Assembly: GCF_965657075.1 (NCBI RefSeq)
Contig: NZ_CBFHMV010000001.1
Span: 191,647 to 255,646 of the forward strand
From: Flavobacterium sp.
GTDB lineage: Bacteria; Bacteroidota; Bacteroidia; Flavobacteriales; Flavobacteriaceae
Direction of reading: 5' to 3'
DNA: 64,000 bases
Part shown: positions 7,598-16,994 of the stretch, in pieces
Layout of the letters: every line of letters begins with the position of its first letter
Numbering within the stretch: the first letter of the stretch is position 1
Position numbers and translations under genes: made by a program
The notes under the pieces: generated by a model
What the model saw: the letters and a program-made list of their open reading frames with translations, nothing else
What the model was told of the DNA's origin: nothing
Databases searched by the model: none

Positions 7598-8852
7598 TTG
7601 GGATTATTATGTTTACTGTAATTCCTTTAAGATCATTATTTTTCAAATTAATTTTCCATTTATGCAATTCACAAATGCGTTTTACATAGGAAAGACCAAT
7701 TCCAAAACCTTCAATATCTTTGCTGTCTTCTCTTTTTACACGATAAAATTTATCAAAAACAAAAGGTAAATCTTCGTTAGGAATTCCTTTGCCATTATCA
7801 GAAAATGAGAGCACAATGTCTTTTGGATTTTTAGTAGTGTTGAGTTTAATTTTTATATCAGATTCAGCATATTTAATGGCGTTATCAAACAAATTATAAA
7901 TGATATTGTACAAATGAAATTCATCAGCATTTATTTTTAGATTGTCGTTAATAGCATTGTCCAAAGTAATATTTTTTTGGTATTTAAGTTCTATATTTTC
8001 TCTTACTAGTGCAATGATATCATTAACTTTTAGCGTGGATTTATTTAAAAGTATTTGTTTACTATCTGTTTTGGCAACGTATAATATTTTTTCAATATGT
8101 TCATTAAGTTTATTACTTTGATTAATGATAATTTGCATGTATTTAGATAACTTCGGATTTTCTAAGATTTCAGATTGTTTGTTGGCATAATTAGAAGCAA
8201 TTAAAATAGATGCTAAAGGCGTTTTAAACTCGTGCGTCATATTATTAATAAAATCTTTTTGTAAATCGGTATATCTTTTTTGTTGTAACATTAAAAAAAC
8301 GGAGTAAACATATATGATAAGTACCAAAAATAAAACGATAGTAAAAATCCAATATTGTTGTAAATTACCATAATAATGAGCGTTTATTTTAGGAAATCGA
8401 ATGGCAAAATAATAGGTCAGATTAGAATCTTTGGTAAAGCAATCTAAACATTTTGATGGATTACTGTTATCCGTTGAAGAAACATAATTTCCATAAACCA
8501 TTTTATCTGAACTGCAATCATAAATTGCGTATTCATAATCTAAATCTATTTTTAGTTTTCTAAATTCTGTTTTTAAATAATGTTCTAAAATGTTGTTTTC
8601 AAGTGCATCATCAATATTTACCAAATAATAATCATCGGTAACTTTATCAACTTGATTGGTATAAGTTAAATTGGTTTTGTTTCCAGAGTAAACCCTTTCC
8701 ACTACATTTTTTAAAGCAAAGAAAATTTTATTTTCAAGTTCTTTTTTCTCAAACTTATAAACGTTGTTTAATAACAACAATTGCATGATAATTACACCAA
8801 CAATTGCCAAAAACCCAATAAATATAACACTTTTTAAGCGTGAAAATTTCAT
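7575..8852 (-). CDS. Sensor histidine kinase with ~135-aa periplasmic domain
   Basis: Two TM helices flank an extracytoplasmic domain. H-box HEFKTPLASI, N-box DNAIKY, G-box GFGIGLSY. Overlaps the downstream response-regulator gene. Confidence 0.9.
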   Translation of the reverse strand: MKFSRLKSVIFIGFLAIVGVIIMQLLLLNNVYKFEKKELENKIFFALKNVVERVYSGNKTNLTYTNQVDKVTDDYYLVNIDDALENNILEHYLKTEFRKLKIDLDYEYAIYDCSSDKMVYGNYVSSTDNSNPSKCLDCFTKDSNLTYYFAIRFPKINAHYYGNLQQYWIFTIVLFLVLIIYVYSVFLMLQQKRYTDLQKDFINNMTHEFKTPLASILIASNYANKQSEILENPKLSKYMQIIINQSNKLNEHIEKILYVAKTDSKQILLNKSTLKVNDIIALVRENIELKYQKNITLDNAINDNLKINADEFHLYNIIYNLFDNAIKYAESDIKIKLNTTKNPKDIVLSFSDNGKGIPNEDLPFVFDKFYRVKREDSKDIEGFGIGLSYVKRICELHKWKINLKNNDLKGITVNIIIPNADVHEH

Positions 8853-8955
8853 AAAGTATACGTGTTCAATTATAATAAGTTGCTATATTAGCAATAAATT
8901 AAGCCTAAAAACCACCATTAACAAGTCGTTAACAATCATTTAAAAGTACTTAACA

Positions 8956-8983
8956 TTGTTTATTATTAAAAATTTTAGTTTTG
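8956..8983 (+). promoter_or_regulatory. Candidate Bacteroidetes-type promoter (TTG-N17-TAgtTTTG)
   Basis: TTG at 8956-8958 and TAgtTTTG at 8976-8983, about 40 nt upstream of the ATG at 9025. Confidence 0.45.
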
Positions 8984-9024
8984 TAAAGGTAAAACAATAT
9001 ACAAATTTTTAAAACATAATATTT

Positions 9025-9486
9025 ATGAAATCTTTTAAATTAACATTAGCTGCTGTTTTAATTTCAGCTTTATCTTTTGCACAAAAAGTTGAATCTAAAC
9101 CAACCACTTTTACTGTAGATGCTCCAGCTAAATCAACAGCTCCAACAGGATTAAAATTTGAAAAAGAGGTTTATGACTTTGGAAATTTAGAGAAAGGAAA
9201 ACCAGCAACTTATGAATTTACTTTTACAAATAGTTCAAACGAAACAATTTTAATTTCTAGCGTTAAGCCTTCATGTGGATGTACTGCTGCAAATTATACA
9301 AAAACACCTATTAAGCCAGGAGAAAAAGGTTTTATAGCTGCAACATATAATGCTGCTTCTGTAGGAAATTTTACAAAAAATATTACAGTAATTACAAGCG
9401 ATACAACTGCACCAAAATCATTGGTAATCAAAGGAAAAGTTGAAGACAAAACAGCTACAACTACACCAACTGAGGTGAAATCATAA
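9025..9486 (+). CDS. DUF1573-family secreted protein
   Basis: Signal peptide, an Ig-like beta-sandwich pattern and the characteristic KPSCGCT motif. Confidence 0.75.
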   Translation: MKSFKLTLAAVLISALSFAQKVESKPTTFTVDAPAKSTAPTGLKFEKEVYDFGNLEKGKPATYEFTFTNSSNETILISSVKPSCGCTAANYTKTPIKPGEKGFIAATYNAASVGNFTKNITVITSDTTAPKSLVIKGKVEDKTATTTPTEVKS

Positions 9487-9525
9487 TAAAAGTACAACAA
9501 CTTTTTTATATAATTAATTCAAGTT

Positions 9526-9553
9526 AAAAGCCACGTTTTGCGTGGCTTTTTTT
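9526..9553 (+). terminator. Intrinsic terminator
   Basis: aaaagccacg-ttttg-cgtggctttt followed by a T-run. Confidence 0.8.
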
Positions 9554-9564
9554 ATTTTAAATAA

Positions 9565-10044
9565 ATGGAAGAAGAGCAAGCGTTTATCAGATCAGCATTA
9601 GGTACTATTGTTATAGTTGGTTGTGCTAAAGGAGTTTCCAAAATAACTATAACTGATGTTGAAATAGAATTAAGTATCAATATACCAAATAATCTAAGGG
9701 ATGCAGTACAACAATTAAAAGACTATTTTGAAGGTAAAAGAACTTATTTTGATTTTAAAATACATTTAAAAGGTACTGCATTTCAAAACAAGGTTTGGAA
9801 AGAATTACAAAAAATTCCTTTTGGTAAAACGGTTTCTTATCATCAGCTTTCCTTGCGTTTAGGTGATGCTAAAGCCATTAGAGCTGTGGCCAATGCTAAC
9901 GGTAAAAATCCACTTTGGATTGTAGTTCCATGCCATAGAGTTATAGGTTCAGACGGATCATTAACAGGTTATGCTGGTGGTTTGTGGAGAAAAAAATGGT
10001 TATTAGATCACGAAAATCCTGTTAAGCAGCAAAGTTTATTTTAA
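9565..10044 (+). CDS. ogt: Methylated-DNA--protein-cysteine methyltransferase
   Basis: Active-site PCHRV motif and surrounding MGMT DNA-binding domain (VSYHQLSLRLG..AIRAVANANGKNP). Confidence 0.9.
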   Translation: MEEEQAFIRSALGTIVIVGCAKGVSKITITDVEIELSINIPNNLRDAVQQLKDYFEGKRTYFDFKIHLKGTAFQNKVWKELQKIPFGKTVSYHQLSLRLGDAKAIRAVANANGKNPLWIVVPCHRVIGSDGSLTGYAGGLWRKKWLLDHENPVKQQSLF

Positions 10045-10109
10045 AATAGTGGTTGTAAAATTCAATCAGAAAAAGAATTTTCATTAAATTCGTACTAAAC
10101 AATTCTAAA

Positions 10110-11273
10110 ATGAAATTCCTTCTGAAGTTTTTGAAATGGTTCATTATTACTCTGACAAGTATAATAATTTTAATGTATGTTTTTAATGTAGATTATTTAA
10201 TTAGAGCGGTTAGAACAATTTATTTTAAAGGGTATACAACTGCCTTTTTAGAAGACTATAAAGAATTTCCAAATAGAGAAGTAAAAACAGGAGAAGCTCA
10301 ACCTTGGTCAATATCCAATGATTACAATAGTGTAAATCCTACCAAAATCCTTCAGTCTACTCACAAAAACTTACAAACTATAGCTTATTTAATTATTAAA
10401 AATGATAGTATTTGGCATGAAAGTTATTTTGATGGCTTTGATGAACATTCTAAAACCAATTCTTTTTCAATGGCGAAAAGTATTGTTACTTCTGCTTTAG
10501 GAAAGGCAATTATGCAAGGTAAAATAAACGGATTAGATCAAAAAGTTAAGGATTTTTTCCCTGAGATTAAAGGGAAATTCGCCAACGATGTTACAGTTGG
10601 AGATTTAGCTTCAATGGCATCTGGAATGGAATGGGACGAAAAATATTATAGTCCTTTATCTATTGTTACACGTGTATATTTTGATGATGATTTAAAGGAT
10701 ATTATTTTAGATTTAAAATTCAATAATAAACCAGGACAATTTTTTAAATATTCTAGTGGTGACACACAGTTATTAGGAATGTGTATAGAGAAAGCTACTG
10801 GGAAATATTTATCGGATTATATTTCAGAACACTTTTGGCAACCAATGGGTGCAGAAAATGAAGCATTGTGGCAATTAGATCATGAACCAGACGGAATTGA
10901 AAAAGCTTTTTGTTGCTTTGCAAGTAATGCCAGAGATTTTGCAAGATTTGGTAAATTGTACTTAAATGATGGTAGATGGAATGGCAATGTTATTTTAGAC
11001 AGTACGTTTGTTAAAAAAAGTATTTCACCACGATTTGAAAATTCACCAGAATATGGTTATGGCTGGTGGATGAATACTTTTTTAGGTAAAAAAATGTTTT
11101 ACATGAGAGGACATTTAGGACAGTTTGTGATTGTAATTCCAGAAGATGAAATGATCATAGTTCGATTAGGACATCAAAAAGGAGTCCAAACCAATGCTGA
11201 CGCTCATAGTGAAGATTTTTATGTATATGTAAAAGAAGCTTATGAAATGTTGAAACAAAGAAAATCTAAATGA
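10110..11273 (+). CDS. Membrane-anchored serine hydrolase (beta-lactamase / PBP4*-like family)
   Basis: N-terminal TM helix and an SxxK motif (SMAKS) in class C beta-lactamase-like context. Confidence 0.75.
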   Translation: MKFLLKFLKWFIITLTSIIILMYVFNVDYLIRAVRTIYFKGYTTAFLEDYKEFPNREVKTGEAQPWSISNDYNSVNPTKILQSTHKNLQTIAYLIIKNDSIWHESYFDGFDEHSKTNSFSMAKSIVTSALGKAIMQGKINGLDQKVKDFFPEIKGKFANDVTVGDLASMASGMEWDEKYYSPLSIVTRVYFDDDLKDIILDLKFNNKPGQFFKYSSGDTQLLGMCIEKATGKYLSDYISEHFWQPMGAENEALWQLDHEPDGIEKAFCCFASNARDFARFGKLYLNDGRWNGNVILDSTFVKKSISPRFENSPEYGYGWWMNTFLGKKMFYMRGHLGQFVIVIPEDEMIIVRLGHQKGVQTNADAHSEDFYVYVKEAYEMLKQRKSK

Positions 11274-11274
11274 A

Positions 11275-11562
11275 ATGAGTGGACACTTTGATGCCTTTAA
11301 AAATAGAGAAAAAATAAGTGAGTTTAAGAAAAAATCACTTAGAGAGGCATTGCTAAATAAAAAAGAAAATTTACTAGGAAAAGATACTCTTTTAGATTAT
11401 TCTTTCCCAAAGTTATCAGCATCTGAACTTGAAAAAGTAAAACTAGAAATTCATCAGTCAATAAAGATTAAAAAACAACAACAATCAAAAGTAATGCTTG
11501 TTTTTTTTAGTTTAATTATTGCAATTATTTTATTCATGGGTATCAAATTTAATATTTTCTAA
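11275..11562 (+). CDS. Hypothetical tail-anchored membrane protein
   Basis: Charged 70-aa N-terminus and a single C-terminal TM helix (VMLVFFSLIIAIILFMGI). Starts 1 nt after the hydrolase stop. No recognisable family. Confidence 0.5.
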   Translation: MSGHFDAFKNREKISEFKKKSLREALLNKKENLLGKDTLLDYSFPKLSASELEKVKLEIHQSIKIKKQQQSKVMLVFFSLIIAIILFMGIKFNIF

Positions 11563-11579
11563 CAAAAAGAATTCCTATT

Positions 11580-12293
11580 ATGATTGAAAAAATTAACCTC
11601 AACAACATTTTATTTTTAGACATTGAAACGGTTCCTCAAGAAACCAGTTATTTGGGAATGGATGATGAAACCAAAAAACTTTGGGAACAAAAAACACAAT
11701 ACCAAAGAAGAGATGAAGTTAGTGCTGAAGACTTTTACGAACGTGCAGGTATTTGGGCTGAATTTGGAAAAATCATCTGTATTTCGGTTGGATTTTTTAA
11801 TAATAAAAGCGACATAAGAAACTTTAGAGTAACCTCCTATTTTGGTGAAGAAAAAGAAATATTGAGAAACTTTTCTAAGTTACTTAATGAAAATTTTCAT
11901 CTTACAGCGCATCTTTTGTGTGGTCATAACATCAAAGAATTTGATATTCCATTTATTGCTCGTAGGATGATAATTAATGATTTGGCATTACCAGCCAAAA
12001 TTAATTTATTTGGAAAAAAACCTTGGGAAGTTCCACATTTAGACACCTTAGAGTTATGGAAATTTGGTGATTATAAGCATTTTACTTCATTAAAATTACT
12101 AACAAAAATTTTAGGTATTCAATCTCCAAAAGATGATATTGATGGAAGCGAAGTAGCAAGGGTTTTTTACATAGAAAATGATATTGATAGAATTGTAACT
12201 TACTGTGAAAAAGATGTAATTGCAGTAGCTCAAGTGTTCTTGAAAATGCGAAGAGAAGATTTGTTAGTGGATGATGAGATTTTACATGTATAA
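11580..12293 (+). CDS. DEDD-type 3'-5' exonuclease (RNase H-like fold, PolB-exonuclease-like)
   Basis: Exo I LFLDIETV, Exo II HNIKEFDIPF and Exo III YCEKDV motifs. Confidence 0.75.
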   Translation: MIEKINLNNILFLDIETVPQETSYLGMDDETKKLWEQKTQYQRRDEVSAEDFYERAGIWAEFGKIICISVGFFNNKSDIRNFRVTSYFGEEKEILRNFSKLLNENFHLTAHLLCGHNIKEFDIPFIARRMIINDLALPAKINLFGKKPWEVPHLDTLELWKFGDYKHFTSLKLLTKILGIQSPKDDIDGSEVARVFYIENDIDRIVTYCEKDVIAVAQVFLKMRREDLLVDDEILHV

Positions 12294-12327
12294 AAAAAGG
12301 ACTTAATTTTAATTAAGTCCTTTTTTG
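12292..12327. terminator. Bidirectional intrinsic terminator between convergent genes
   Basis: aaaaaaggacttaatt / aattaagtcctttttt palindrome flanked by an A-run and a T-run. Confidence 0.75.
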
Positions 12328-12347
12328 AATTTATAAACTTTGTTGTT

Positions 12348-15299
12348 TTAATTTTTTACCACAATTTTTCTTGTAGTTTGAATATTTCCATTTGAAATAG
12401 ATAACAAGTAAATACCTTCAGTAAGATTTTTTACATCAATAGTTTCAATGTCATTTGTAGATTTTTTTTCAATTATATTTCTACCTTGAATATCATATAA
12501 TATAAAATTTGTTGTTCCATCCAATACATTGTTTAAATTAATATTAATTAAATCATTAGTTGGATTAGGATATACAGCAATTTTTGATAATTCAAAATCG
12601 TCATTACTTAAAGGAGCTTGTAAACTACAAAATTCTAGAGTTACAGCGTTAATAGAACCACCATCGCCATTAAATGGATCGTCAACGCTTAATATCCATG
12701 TTCCATCTGCAATTAAACCATTAAAATTACTTAAATTTTCAAATGGCTTAACAACGCCAGAAATTGCAGGTGGAGTAGAAGCACATGTAAAGTTTATTCC
12801 AGAATCATCCACAGTGCAGTTAATATCATCATTATCACCGCAAGGTTGATTAAATAACATAACGGTCGGACTTCCAATTGAAGCTGGTCCTTCCAGAGTG
12901 TAGGTCATGTCTTGGATATAAGTATGTGAAATATTTAGTACCACATTTAAATCGCCAATAGTAAAACCCCCACTAACTTGAATTGGAACACTAGCGCTAC
13001 TATTGGGTGTATTTGCAATAAATGCATTTGAAAAATCAGTTGCACTAAAATTGTTTCCACAAATCAATTCACCTGTTTGGAAATTAAATACTGTGGCATC
13101 AACCTCTAATCCATTAGCACAAGTATTAGAAGGAATAACTCTCCAGTAATAATTTGTTGCTTCTAATAATCCACTAACCGGGAAGCTGTTTCCTAAAGTA
13201 TTTGTATTGACTAAGAAAGTATTAAAATTTGGAGATGTTGATACCTGAACATTATAGCTTAATACATTAAAATCTAATTCCCATTTTAAAATAGTCGAGG
13301 TAGATACAGTGTTTTCGTTATTAGTTGGGGTATTAAGTTCTATAGGTTGAAAATTTGTTGAATAAATTTTTAGCTTTCTAGTTCTTATTTCGGTTTCGAT
13401 TCCATTATCTCCCTTTATTTGTAAGTTGTAATCACCAGCACTAACTGAAGATAAATTACTAATTGTAAGGGTCACCACTCCACTAGTATTTAAACTACTT
13501 GGGGAAAAATTTGCCACTGCACCAAGAGGTAAATTTGGGACTGAAAAAGTTGTGTTTCCTGGACCAGCATGAATATAATCAAATGTGTAAATTGCATCCT
13601 GATTGCTACACAATTCAAGGTCATTTGATTTTGGAATAATTGCAAATCTAGAGTTTACGCCAGTTATAATTAAAGAAAAATTTTGATGACCATTTATCAA
13701 TACTCCTTTATTTTTGACAGTAATTGTATAATTTCCAGACACTGGTGAGTCTATTTTTACCTGTTCAACATTATCAACATCATTGTCACTGTTCCTCGTT
13801 GCTAATTCTGAGGGATTTAATGTTAGTTTCCAAGGATAAAAAACTTCTGTATCATCTTTAGTTATTTTTATATCTAAATTATTAACTAAAGCAGGAGTAA
13901 TGTCATTTGCTGGTCTTTGGCCTAGGTTAGCATCTCCTGGTACATCTGTCCAACAAATAGTTGCTATCAAGGGTGAATTTCCGTTTGATTTAACGGTCAT
14001 TGAATATGTTTCATTATTTTTAAGATCTTCTTCGGAAACCCATGAACTTAAGCCGTTATTATTAATTGCTTCAACAGCAACTTTTGCATTCAATAAACCC
14101 CACCCGAATTTTGCATCTGGACCAATATTACCGGCATCATCTGCAGTATGACATGCTAAACCTTTTAAAGTTGCAGCTTTCATGAAAGATGTGGTTTTAT
14201 TCTTATAATGTTGTTGTAGAAGTAATAAAGTACCTGCGATATTGGGACTAGACATTGATGTTCCACTGTAAGTAGATGTAGCAAAATCACTTTCACTAGT
14301 TGAAGAAGTTAGATTAGTACCATTACCAGTAATATCTGGTTTTATCCTTCTATCATCAGTAGGCCCTTGACTACTAGATGAATTGATTTGAACATTAATT
14401 AATGAACCATCAACTTGAGAAATATTAGCATCTTGAGCATTTGCCACAGTTAGAATGTTTTTGGCTGTTTTATTACTTGTTAATTTATCATACCCTATCG
14501 CAATTGGATTTGTATTATTATTATTGTTACCATCATTCCCCGCAGACATTACTGGAAGATAATATGGTGCTAAAAAAGTAATCTCATCCCATTGTTTTGC
14601 CTCTAAACTATAAGTTCCAACATACCATGCTGGAAGAGTGGAACCGCTACTACTAGTCAATGGAACACCATAAGAATGATTTGAAATTAGCATTCCTAAA
14701 AGAGCTTCACTAGCTGCTTCACTTTCATCATTTGTCCAATTAAAAGTTCTTCCCGTAGCTTGAAATGCCATACCTTTTGTTGAAGGGTTTATATTAGACG
14801 CCAAAATAGTGCCAGTTACATGTGTGGCATGGGCACTGTAACTATTTCCAGACAGATCATCGACAGTAGTTATTCTATTGTCAAAAAAGCTATGTGTTCT
14901 TCTGACTGTTCCACCGTCCCAAATCCTTGCAATCATATTTTGACCATTAAGATCAAGTCCTAATTGTCCACCTGAGTTAATAAAATTAGTTCTTGTAGAA
15001 ATTGCAGCGTCTTGATTTTCAGTTGAATAATATATAGGAAAACCATCCGGTGTTATATCCATTAATTCTTGAAAATTTCCATCATCTTTTTTAATAAATT
15101 CTTGCCAACCATTATTTCTTGCCTGAATTAGAGCATATTCTTTTTGTTTTTTTTCAAAGATTTCAAATTCAACAATTTTTTGGTTAATGGCATTTTTATC
15201 ATATTTTTTTGTAATAATTTCAACATCGTCTTTAGATTGTCCAAAAGAAATCAAAAATGTAAATACTATTAATAAATAAGTGAATAAGTTTTTTTTCAT
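12348..15299 (-). CDS. Secreted S8 subtilase with proprotein-convertase P-domain and T9SS C-terminal sorting domain
   Basis: Catalytic triad contexts (WDGGTV, HATHVTGT, SGTSMSSPN). Kexin-like P-domain (TLEGPASIGSPTVMLFNQPCG). C-terminal AVYPNPTNDLININ...YLLSI T9SS signal. Confidence 0.85.
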   Translation of the reverse strand: MKKNLFTYLLIVFTFLISFGQSKDDVEIITKKYDKNAINQKIVEFEIFEKKQKEYALIQARNNGWQEFIKKDDGNFQELMDITPDGFPIYYSTENQDAAISTRTNFINSGGQLGLDLNGQNMIARIWDGGTVRRTHSFFDNRITTVDDLSGNSYSAHATHVTGTILASNINPSTKGMAFQATGRTFNWTNDESEAASEALLGMLISNHSYGVPLTSSSGSTLPAWYVGTYSLEAKQWDEITFLAPYYLPVMSAGNDGNNNNNTNPIAIGYDKLTSNKTAKNILTVANAQDANISQVDGSLINVQINSSSSQGPTDDRRIKPDITGNGTNLTSSTSESDFATSTYSGTSMSSPNIAGTLLLLQQHYKNKTTSFMKAATLKGLACHTADDAGNIGPDAKFGWGLLNAKVAVEAINNNGLSSWVSEEDLKNNETYSMTVKSNGNSPLIATICWTDVPGDANLGQRPANDITPALVNNLDIKITKDDTEVFYPWKLTLNPSELATRNSDNDVDNVEQVKIDSPVSGNYTITVKNKGVLINGHQNFSLIITGVNSRFAIIPKSNDLELCSNQDAIYTFDYIHAGPGNTTFSVPNLPLGAVANFSPSSLNTSGVVTLTISNLSSVSAGDYNLQIKGDNGIETEIRTRKLKIYSTNFQPIELNTPTNNENTVSTSTILKWELDFNVLSYNVQVSTSPNFNTFLVNTNTLGNSFPVSGLLEATNYYWRVIPSNTCANGLEVDATVFNFQTGELICGNNFSATDFSNAFIANTPNSSASVPIQVSGGFTIGDLNVVLNISHTYIQDMTYTLEGPASIGSPTVMLFNQPCGDNDDINCTVDDSGINFTCASTPPAISGVVKPFENLSNFNGLIADGTWILSVDDPFNGDGGSINAVTLEFCSLQAPLSNDDFELSKIAVYPNPTNDLININLNNVLDGTTNFILYDIQGRNIIEKKSTNDIETIDVKNLTEGIYLLSISNGNIQTTRKIVVKN

Positions 15300-15439
15300 A
15301 AAATTTTTTTAAGTAATTACAAATATAATTTTTATTTTACAATTGAAAGTTGAATAGTTGTTAAAAAGTTAGCGCAAACAAGCTTTTGTAATATTTAAAT
15401 ATTAATCTTTAATGAATTATATTTACAAAAATTAATTTT

Positions 15440-16918
15440 ATGGTACTTAGTAGATTTTGGCTAACAATTTTTATCTCGTCAATATTTTTTGTTGTAATAA
15501 GTTTTTTAATAAAAGATGTTTACACCATTGACTATATTATAAACGGCAAAAAAGGAGATCCGGTTTTAGTTTCTGAAAAGTTTTTAAATGAAATTCCAGT
15601 TTCTATCAAAGATAGCATCATTAATTCAAAAGATAGTACCTATGTTTTAAAAACTTTTAGAGTTAATACAGATATAACTTCATTACAAAAGTCAATAAGA
15701 ATTAAGCCTGATACTTCTTATGTTTATAAAAACAAAACGGTAAAAATATACAGTGGTGTTCAAAAATCCGATGGGTTGTTGGAAACGGCTAAGTATAGTT
15801 TGGTAGAATTAATAATTCCGTTAATTGCTTATTTAGCATTTTTTTGTGGTTTGATGCAACTACTTATCGATTCTGGTGCTTCTGAAAAATTAGCTAAAAA
15901 ATTAAGCCCAGTTTTTTCAAAAATATTTCCTTCTGTACCCAAAAACCATGAGTCAATTTCTTACATGACACTGAATTTTGCGGCAAATTTTCTTGGATTA
16001 GATTCTGCTGCAACTCCATTTGGACTGAAAGCTATGCAAAGTTTACAAGAAATAAATCCAGATAAAGATAAAGCTAGTGATGCTCAAATTATGTTTATGT
16101 GTTTACATGCCGCTGGTTTAACTCTAATACCTACATCAATTATTGGATATCGAGCAGCCGAAAATGCAGCAAATCCAGCAGATGTCATGTTACCTTGTAT
16201 AATCACTTCATTTATTGGTACTATAGCTGCTTTTTTAATAGTTGGAATACGTCAGAAAATTAATTTTAAAAGTGCCACTTTATTAGTAGGATTAATGAGT
16301 TTAATTGGAGCAATAGTTGGTTTGTTATTTTTTATAAATAAAATGAATCTAGTAGAAAAAAACTTTTTTACTTCTAATTTATCAGGATTAATGCTGGTAG
16401 GAATTATTGCAGTAACATTAATATTTTCATTCATAAACGAAAAGAAATTCACAGCCTTAAACACCACTATTTTTGATTCATTTGTGGTTGGTGCTAACAA
16501 CGGTTTAAAAACGGGAGTAACTATTTTTCCTTATGTTTTAGCGATGCTAGTTGCAATTTCAATGTTTAGAAATAGCGGTTTGTTTGATTTGATTTCTAAT
16601 GGAATTTCATTTGTAGCTTCACATGCAGGAATGAGTAAAGAAATTACAGATTCGTTACCAGTTGCCATGTTACGACCCTTTAGTTCTGGAGGTTCTCGTG
16701 GTTTTATGATTGATGCAATGAAAACTTATGGACCAGATTCATTAACAGGAAGATTGAGTAGTATTTTTCAATGTAGTGCTGAAACAACGTTCTACGTAAT
16801 TGCGGTTTATTTTGGAAGTATCAATATGAAAAATACAAGATATACACTAGGAACAATGCTTTTAGTAGATTTAATTTGTGTAATAACTGCTATCTTTGTG
16901 GCCAGTTGGTTTTTTTAG
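15440..16918 (+). CDS. Nucleoside-recognition-domain membrane protein (fused SpmA/SpmB-like)
   Basis: 492-aa polytopic protein with two Gate/nucleoside-recognition-type halves. Function inferred from the family only. Confidence 0.65.
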   Translation: MVLSRFWLTIFISSIFFVVISFLIKDVYTIDYIINGKKGDPVLVSEKFLNEIPVSIKDSIINSKDSTYVLKTFRVNTDITSLQKSIRIKPDTSYVYKNKTVKIYSGVQKSDGLLETAKYSLVELIIPLIAYLAFFCGLMQLLIDSGASEKLAKKLSPVFSKIFPSVPKNHESISYMTLNFAANFLGLDSAATPFGLKAMQSLQEINPDKDKASDAQIMFMCLHAAGLTLIPTSIIGYRAAENAANPADVMLPCIITSFIGTIAAFLIVGIRQKINFKSATLLVGLMSLIGAIVGLLFFINKMNLVEKNFFTSNLSGLMLVGIIAVTLIFSFINEKKFTALNTTIFDSFVVGANNGLKTGVTIFPYVLAMLVAISMFRNSGLFDLISNGISFVASHAGMSKEITDSLPVAMLRPFSSGGSRGFMIDAMKTYGPDSLTGRLSSIFQCSAETTFYVIAVYFGSINMKNTRYTLGTMLLVDLICVITAIFVASWFF

Positions 16919-16929
16919 TCTTATTTATC

Positions 16930-16994
16930 ATTCTGAACTTGATTCAGAATCTCTAAATGTTATGGAAATTAAAAATCTTGAATCAAGTTCAGGA
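16930..16994. repeat. Composite REP-like palindromic element (two inverted copies)
   Basis: attctgaacttgattcagaat (16930-16950) is itself a hairpin (8-bp arms). tcttgaatcaagttcagga (16976-16994) is its inverted partner, with a 14-nt perfect core. Begins 12 nt after the upstream stop codon. Confidence 0.7.

Noticed and set aside
16896-16961. N-terminal extension MWPVGFFSLIYHSELDSESLNV of the track ORF 16896-17441.
   Set aside because: It overlaps the upstream gene's 3' end and is simply a translation of the REP-like palindrome. A downstream ATG (16962 or 17037) is more plausible.
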